Below are positions 32,110 through 36,199 of a stretch of DNA of 36,199 nucleotides, piece by piece. A program made the translations under genes and the position numbers. Positions within the stretch are counted from its first letter, which is position 1. The number at the start of each line of letters is the position of its first letter. The DNA comes from a virus: positions 1 through 36,199 of IMG/VR virus record IMGVR_UViG_3300045242_000061. One strand, 5' to 3'. A model generated the notes under the pieces. That model saw only the letters and a program-made list of their open reading frames with translations, searched no databases and was not told the origin of the DNA.

Positions 32110-32607
32110 TCACTTAATGCTGATCGACGACTTTCCGGTTTCTCTGTGCGCGCCAGGCACTTTCTTGCCTTCCTTGATCGCCTTGGCAATCTCGGCTTTC
32201 ATCGGCGCGGTGGTGACGGTGGTGTTGATGTACTCGTCGGGTATTTTCGATTCCTCGTCGATCACAACGATCGGCTTGCCTTTGCCCAGGGTGATAGTGA
32301 ACAGCGGGTGGATGATCTTGGTTATCTTGCACTGCTCCATGTTCGTGCGCAGGTATTCCTTCAGCGAGGCCTGACGGTTCTCCAGCGCCTTCTTGCGGTC
32401 GGACAAGCGGGCAATCTGGGTCTTGATCGCTTCGATATCGCCGTCCATGTTCAGCGTGACCATGGCCAAGGCCTTGCCCTTCTCCTGGAACTCGCCCTCT
32501 ATGCCTTCCATGGTGTCTTTCAGGGCGACGATCAGCTCATCGTCTCCAGCGTCGGCCAGTTTGGCTAGTTCCTGATATTGCTTGCTGATTTCGTAGAGAG
32601 CGGTCAT
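32110..32607 (-). CDS. Siphovirus Gp157-like protein
   Basis: 165 aa. The N-terminus LYEISKQYQELAKLAD...DTMEGIEGEFQEKG, the coiled-coil centre and the C-terminal KEGKKVPGA fit the Gp157 family pattern. It lies next to the SSAP gene. Confidence 0.75.
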   Translation of the reverse strand: MTALYEISKQYQELAKLADAGDDELIVALKDTMEGIEGEFQEKGKALAMVTLNMDGDIEAIKTQIARLSDRKKALENRQASLKEYLRTNMEQCKITKIIHPLFTITLGKGKPIVVIDEESKIPDEYINTTVTTAPMKAEIAKAIKEGKKVPGAHRETGKSSISIK

Positions 32608-33353
32608 TGGGCTTGCTCCTGACTGGTGGGCGCCGGCTCTTCAAAGCGCATCTGCTGCTCGGTATATTCGCGCGTGATGCGGGTAACGGCCTTAGTGTCT
32701 TTGCGGGCCGACAGCTTGCGTACCGCTACATCGTGGAAGGCCTTCAGCTCGTTCTTGGTCCGGGCGGTCTTCAGCGATTCGATCACGGATTGGATGAAGT
32801 CCAAGCGTTCTTGCTTCTGGCGTTCTTCTTCAGCGATACGGTCTTCAGCATGCTCAACCTGCTGCTCTTCGGCCAGCGCCTGTACATATTCGTGGTCATC
32901 GAACATGCCCAAGAACACGTCGGCGCTGAAGCCCAGCATGGACAGGGATTTCTTGATCGCATCGGTTAGCGACTTCTTGGGGGCTTCGCCATCAGTCGTG
33001 GTGCCGTACTTCGATTTGTAGAGGTACGGTGTACAGCCGTATTGCTCAAACTCGCCTCTGACGCCATCCAGAACGGCCCAAAACTTGATTTTTATGGTGT
33101 GGTTCAGTTCGAAGCCGAGGCTGGCGCGCTTCTCGGCCTCGCCGACGAACATCTCGGCGCCTTTGTCGAAACGCTCTTCAAGCACCGTCCAGCCGAAGCC
33201 GAAGCCAGCCGGCCCGAATACCTCGGTGGCCTTCATGATCATCGCCGTGCCATTGAGGCTGGTGATCTGCTGACCGCCGACCTTAGCGTCTTTGGTGTAA
33301 CGGGTGTCGGTCTTGTCGACCTTATTCCAGATCTTCATGTTCTTATCGGTCAT
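32604..33353 (-). CDS. Single-strand annealing protein (Rad52/Sak-like)
   Basis: 249 aa. FGPAGFGFGW and EAPKKSLTDAIKKSLSMLGFSADVFLGMFDD match the Rad52/Sak-type SSAP core. Acidic C-terminal tail. Set in a recombination-gene neighbourhood. Confidence 0.7.
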   Translation of the reverse strand: MTDKNMKIWNKVDKTDTRYTKDAKVGGQQITSLNGTAMIMKATEVFGPAGFGFGWTVLEERFDKGAEMFVGEAEKRASLGFELNHTIKIKFWAVLDGVRGEFEQYGCTPYLYKSKYGTTTDGEAPKKSLTDAIKKSLSMLGFSADVFLGMFDDHEYVQALAEEQQVEHAEDRIAEEERQKQERLDFIQSVIESLKTARTKNELKAFHDVAVRKLSARKDTKAVTRITREYTEQQMRFEEPAPTSQEQAQ

Positions 33354-33356
33354 GGC

Positions 33357-33665
33357 TCAATCCTCGCTCGCACGCGGTTCATGACTTATCGCCTTCAGCT
33401 TGCTGATACGGTCGAGCAAGATGTTGACGCGGGATTGCGATTCGGCGCGCTCGATCTGAACACAAGATTCCAGCGCATCAATCTGGAGTTGATTGGTGTC
33501 GATCTCGGGGACGTCAATTTCCTGATCTACGGTCCCGAGAAGGATATAGTTTGCTGGCTTGCCGTTGTAGGATTTGGATATATCGAAGTCCATTACGGAA
33601 ATTTTCCCGCTTCCAAAATCCTGAACGTTTTTGTGGATATACAGCTTGAATACCTGAATGGTCAT
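33357..33665 (-). CDS. Hypothetical protein (102 aa)
   Basis: ORF-track ORF. GGAG lies 7 nt upstream of ATG 33665. Confidence 0.6.
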   Translation of the reverse strand: MTIQVFKLYIHKNVQDFGSGKISVMDFDISKSYNGKPANYILLGTVDQEIDVPEIDTNQLQIDALESCVQIERAESQSRVNILLDRISKLKAISHEPRASED

Positions 33666-33726
33666 GGTCTTTCTCCAGCGGGGTCTTGCGGTCGGCGTGC
33701 GTGTTTCTGTAGTGGCAGACTACATT

Positions 33727-34032
33727 CTATTCCGCCACTACGTCAACCGGATTTTCCAGTGTCGGCAACTTGCCCATGAAATAGATTGGAATGACGAACT
33801 CGGACCATGGCGAGCGCTTTACGCGTGCCACCTTCCCGCGCCCGGTGCACATCTCGCGGACCTCATCCGGCGAGCAATAGCCGATCTTCTTCGGAATGCA
33901 CTCTTCGATCTGCTGCATGGCGTCAATCTTGTGGATCATCGCCTGGAGGTCTTTGTAGCTGAGCTGCACAATCTCTCGGTTATGGCGCTGAGCATCGGCG
34001 AGCAGGAATTTTAAGGGGTTGAGGTCGATCAT
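33727..34032 (-). CDS. Hypothetical protein (101 aa)
   Basis: ORF-track ORF. Its start overlaps the upstream stop by 4 nt. Confidence 0.6.
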   Translation of the reverse strand: MIDLNPLKFLLADAQRHNREIVQLSYKDLQAMIHKIDAMQQIEECIPKKIGYCSPDEVREMCTGRGKVARVKRSPWSEFVIPIYFMGKLPTLENPVDVVAE

Positions 34033-34424
34033 TGGCTAAGCCCTCTGCCCTTGTTCTGCTCATGCAGCAGCACACGAATATCCTTCGCGAGTCGGCCAGT
34101 CGGATTCAGCGCAGCCTTTGCCTGGAGCAGATACCGACATGCAAGCTGAAGCGTTGCCGCGTGCTGGTCGATGGTGGCTTGCAGTTCGGCGAGTTCTGGT
34201 GGCTCGTCGCTAGACCGGATACCGCAAATAGAACATACCGTCGCGGTTCCATGTTCGTTTATATCCCACTCATGCGGCTGGCGCTCGACGACAGGGGCGG
34301 CGCTCTTTCGCTCGGGATGATCCGCACGCAACGAGCAATTCGGCAAACCCTTGCAAGAATTTAAGCTGCTGCCGTCTTTGCAACCGCAGAACTTTTCTTT
34401 GTACTCGTCCCATTTACTGCTCAT
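34029..34424 (-). CDS. Hypothetical Cys-rich protein (131 aa), paralogous C-terminus
   Basis: N-terminal Cys cluster (CGC...C...C...C..C). The C-terminal ~40 aa resemble those of the upstream 126-aa protein. Confidence 0.6.
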   Translation of the reverse strand: MSSKWDEYKEKFCGCKDGSSLNSCKGLPNCSLRADHPERKSAAPVVERQPHEWDINEHGTATVCSICGIRSSDEPPELAELQATIDQHAATLQLACRYLLQAKAALNPTGRLAKDIRVLLHEQNKGRGLSQ

Positions 34425-34801
34425 TCGCTTGCTCCCGATTCGGTGGGTTTTCGTTGCGAATCCAGAAAGGCGCGGACATTCTTTGCCAAACCGGCTCTTG
34501 GGTTAAGTGCGGAAAGGCCGGAAGCAAGAAGCCTTGTCGCAAGCTGTAAGGCTGCCGAGGTTTCCGCATTCCGCTGCTCGGCGGCGGTCAGGCGATCAGA
34601 CATTGCGTGAATCTCTTTGGTCAGGAAGGCAATGCGCGCACGCAAATGGTCGGCCTTCCCGGATTCGGCCAACTCTTCCCGCAACGCGGCCTCGCGGGCC
34701 AGTGCGGCGTCGTAATCTTTAGCCTCAACATAGCTTCCTGAACATTTGGGGGTTTCACTCATTCCGTCGAAAACCCACACCCATCGCTTAACTTCACTCA
34801 T
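34421..34801 (-). CDS. Hypothetical protein (126 aa), paralogous C-terminus
   Basis: C-terminus AALQLATRLLASGLSALNPRAGLAKNVRAFLDSQRK, compared with ATLQLACRYLLQAKAALNPTGRLAKDIRVLLHEQNK in the next gene. Confidence 0.6.
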   Translation of the reverse strand: MSEVKRWVWVFDGMSETPKCSGSYVEAKDYDAALAREAALREELAESGKADHLRARIAFLTKEIHAMSDRLTAAEQRNAETSAALQLATRLLASGLSALNPRAGLAKNVRAFLDSQRKPTESGASE

Positions 34802-34941
34802 CTGATTTTATCCCTCTGTGCTATGTTCCAGCCCATCGTCCAGCGCTTGCAGGAAACGGGAGAGGACTCTTTGTCGAATGGGTTAAGGTGCAGCGCGATG
34901 CCGCGCAGAAACGCCGAGTAGCCGAGTTCGAAAGGGGTCAT
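34798..34941 (-). CDS. Rmf/CrpP-like micro-protein (47 aa)
   Basis: Translated by me; it is below the ORF-track size cut-off. Sequence: MTPFELGYSAFLRGIALHLNPFDKESSPVSCKRWTMGWNIAQRDKIR. The pattern GY.A...G....NP[FY]........W..GW matches the ribosome-modulation-factor fold family. ATGA overlaps occur at both ends (34938-34941 and 34798-34801). Confidence 0.6.
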   Translation of the reverse strand: MTPFELGYSAFLRGIALHLNPFDKESSPVSCKRWTMGWNIAQRDKIR

Positions 34942-35165
34942 TTCACAACCCTCAATCCATGCCGATCTTTCGTCGCAGGAGTTACCTCGATCTGCACTGA
35001 GCCCCGAAACTCCATCGCCATAAAATGCTTCTGACAGTCCGGGTCGCCATCGAAGAATGACTTGAGAGCCTGTTTTGCATCAGCGCAGAGCAGTGTCAGG
35101 TAATCCGTCACACCGTCGGACTGGCGCACATAGGTGAATTGGTATTGCTTTAGCTCGGTGGACAT
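34938..35165 (-). CDS. Hypothetical protein (75 aa)
   Basis: ORF-track ORF, tightly coupled to its neighbours. Confidence 0.6.
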   Translation of the reverse strand: MSTELKQYQFTYVRQSDGVTDYLTLLCADAKQALKSFFDGDPDCQKHFMAMEFRGSVQIEVTPATKDRHGLRVVK

Positions 35166-35168
35166 TTT

Positions 35169-35354
35169 TCAATCCTCGCTAACTTTTCCGGCATACGTCT
35201 TCGCGCAGCCCTGGCACTTGCCGTTATTGCAGCGCCAGGCGTAGGAGGTCCATGTGGCGTGGCAGTGGGTGCACTGGATAAGCAGCTCTTCGTTCGGTGG
35301 ATCGGCGAGCGGTGATGAACCGTAGAAGCGATTGCGCGGCTTCATTAAATCCAT
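35169..35354 (-). CDS. Hypothetical zinc-ribbon-like protein (58-61 aa)
   Basis: CTHCH...C....C..C spacing. ATG 35345 has better SD spacing (GAGAGG) than ATG 35354. Confidence 0.55.
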   Translation of the reverse strand: MDLMKPRNRFYGSSPLADPPNEELLIQCTHCHATWTSYAWRCNNGKCQGCAKTYAGKVSED

Positions 35355-35521
35355 CCTCTCGATTCCGCCACCAGCACGCAGACCACCATGATTGCGGTGA
35401 CGAATAGTTCAAGCCAGCGCGGGCTATCGTGGTCGCCGATCATGCGTTCACCCATGGCGCGTTGACGGGCGATGTGCAGCCTGACCTTGGCTTGGGTTGC
35501 TTTCGTTGCTTGAGTTTTCAT
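35345..35521 (-). CDS. Hypothetical small membrane protein (58 aa)
   Basis: Internal ATG of the 114-aa ORF, with GAGGG 8 nt upstream. C-terminal TM WLELFVTAIMVVCVLVA. Confidence 0.5.
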   Translation of the reverse strand: MKTQATKATQAKVRLHIARQRAMGERMIGDHDSPRWLELFVTAIMVVCVLVAESRGWI

Positions 35522-35535
35522 GGCTTGGCCCTCGG

Positions 35536-35691
35536 TTATTGGTCGCTGCGACGGCGACCCTTGTTGTCGCGCTTGAGTTTGTCGGGGTCCAGTGACTCTC
35601 CGCAGAGCACCCACACCACCCACCCAGTTCCGACAATCGAGCTGGTGACGATCAATGCCAGCGCCAAGATCGGCCAGATCTGCGACCACAT
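35536..35691 (-). CDS. Hypothetical small membrane protein (51 aa)
   Basis: MWSQIWPILALALIVTSSIVGTGWVVWVL is a TM helix followed by a basic tail. The start lies 1 nt after the upstream stop. Confidence 0.45.
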   Translation of the reverse strand: MWSQIWPILALALIVTSSIVGTGWVVWVLCGESLDPDKLKRDNKGRRRSDQ

Positions 35692-35692
35692 C

Positions 35693-35860
35693 TCAGTAAT
35701 GCTCCGGAAGTTGGACTTCCCAGTAGGGGATTTCCGATTCGTCGGGGATGTGGCCAGCAGGCGCGGTGGTGTTGAAGTAATGCCGGATCGGCGCAGGCTT
35801 CTTGCTGCTCGCAAGGCGAAAGGCTCTCGATAAGGTGACAAACAATGCGTAGATCAACAT
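35693..35860 (-). CDS. Hypothetical micro-protein (55 aa)
   Basis: Translated by me: MLIYALFVTLSRAFRLASSKKPAPIRHYFNTTAPAGHIPDESEIPYWEVQLPEHY. AAGGAG lies 7 nt upstream of ATG 35860. I prefer it to the Arg-rich alternative frame of ORF 35536..35841. Confidence 0.45.
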   Translation of the reverse strand: MLIYALFVTLSRAFRLASSKKPAPIRHYFNTTAPAGHIPDESEIPYWEVQLPEHY

Positions 35861-35926
35861 TTCGGTGACTCCTTGGGCGTGTGCCTTCCTGGGAATGCCC
35901 GGCGAACCGGGCGAGATGCTTGTTGA

Positions 35927-36145
35927 TTAGCCGGAGCCGTCGCCGGAGCCGGAGCCGTAGCCGTAGCCGGAGCCGTCGCCGGAGCCGGAGCCGTAGCCGT
36001 AGCCGGAGCCGTCGCCGGAGCCGTAGCCGGAGCCGTAGCCGTAGCCGGAGCCGTCGCCGGAGCCGTAGCCGTAGCCGTAGCCGGAGCCGTCGCCGGAGCC
36101 TGAGCCGGAGCCGTCGCCGGAGCCGTCGCCTTTATTTGTAGTCAT
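35927..36145 (-). CDS. (Gly-X)33 repeat peptide, X = Ser/Tyr/Asp (72 aa)
   Basis: MTTNK followed by 67 residues in which every second residue is Gly (34 G, 16 S, 10 Y, 7 D). ATG 36145 lies 11 nt before the stop of the upstream 119-aa gene, with GAGG 9 nt upstream. It is co-oriented with the leftward operon. Confidence 0.6.
   Translation of the reverse strand: MTTNKGDGSGDGSGSGSGDGSGYGYGYGSGDGSGYGYGSGYGSGDGSGYGYGSGSGDGSGYGYGSGSGDGSG
35930..36130. repeat. 6-nt periodic tandem repeat (GGCTCC / GGCTAC / GGCGAC on the minus strand)
   Basis: Plus-strand units ggagcc, gtagcc and gtcgcc run head to tail for 201 nt. Almost one codon is used per amino acid. The first 58 nt of the window duplicate part of this array through the terminal overlap. 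Confidence 0.9.
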
Positions 36146-36199
36146 TGATCGAAGCCTCGGCAGCCTCGCTGCATGGAATGGTTTCAATAACGCCAGTCA
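36073..36199. repeat. Second copy of the 127-bp terminal overlap
   Basis: Identical to 1-127. It contains the 3' end of the 119-aa gene and the 5' end of the Gly-X repeat gene. Confidence 0.9.

Noticed and set aside
33042-33779. Plus-strand 245-aa ORF opposite the SSAP gene and the 102-aa gene
   Set aside because: It is antisense to a recognisable Rad52/Sak-like gene and spans an intergenic gap and two genes. It has no recognisable motif.
35881-36141. Plus-strand 86-aa Arg/Ser-rich ORF (SRSRSRRRSRS...) across the hexanucleotide repeat
   Set aside because: It is the antisense reading of the same 6-nt repeat, and every frame is open here. It has no SD, no co-oriented neighbours, and would run head-on into the leftward operon. 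The minus-strand Gly-X frame has a coupled start. I cannot exclude the plus-strand frame without expression data.
1-36199. Retron, DGR, transposon or integrative element
   Set aside because: No reverse transcriptase, transposase, recombinase, template/variable repeat pair or flanking inverted repeats were seen. The only long repeat is the 127-bp assembly overlap.

Overview
The 36,199-nt window is a complete tailed-phage genome assembled as a circle. Bases 1-127 recur exactly at 36073-36199, leaving 36,072 unique bp. All functional calls below come from reading motifs, ORF geometry and hairpins by eye; no database search was run.

Layout:
(i) A divergent early control region at about 420-595.
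(ii) A rightward arm: Cro/XRE-like HTH, a replication initiator with an internal iteron origin, DnaB helicase, small ORFs, a RuvC-like resolvase, an initiator-type tRNA-Met(CAU), an ORF-poor stretch of about 400 nt, and three terminator-bounded small units.
(iii) A P22-like morphogenesis block: small and large terminase, portal with a Q-rich C-terminus, scaffold, coat and a gp4-like adaptor. It continues with an inverted gp10-like hub / needle-like / C1q-like block, a tail fibre, an Asp/Asn beta-hydroxylase plus GNAT pair, three ejection-protein-like genes (the largest with an SLT lytic transglycosylase domain), a tailspike, and a holin / endolysin / i-spanin / o-spanin cassette.
(iv) A leftward arm on the minus strand that wraps through the window ends: many tiny translationally coupled ORFs, a recombination module (Rad52/Sak-like SSAP, Gp157-like, NinB, DUF1364/YbcO-like), a start-less HNH endonuclease remnant, and a protein with two FtsK-gamma-like wHTH domains.
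(v) A self-promoted, terminator-insulated Arc-like cassette at 28.3-30.1 kb. I consider this the best candidate for an undescribed accessory system.

Two proteins are perfectly periodic low-complexity repeats: a (Gly-X)33 peptide and a 22-unit x-A-A-z tetrapeptide array. No integrase, CI-type repressor, reverse transcriptase, transposase or CRISPR array was seen.
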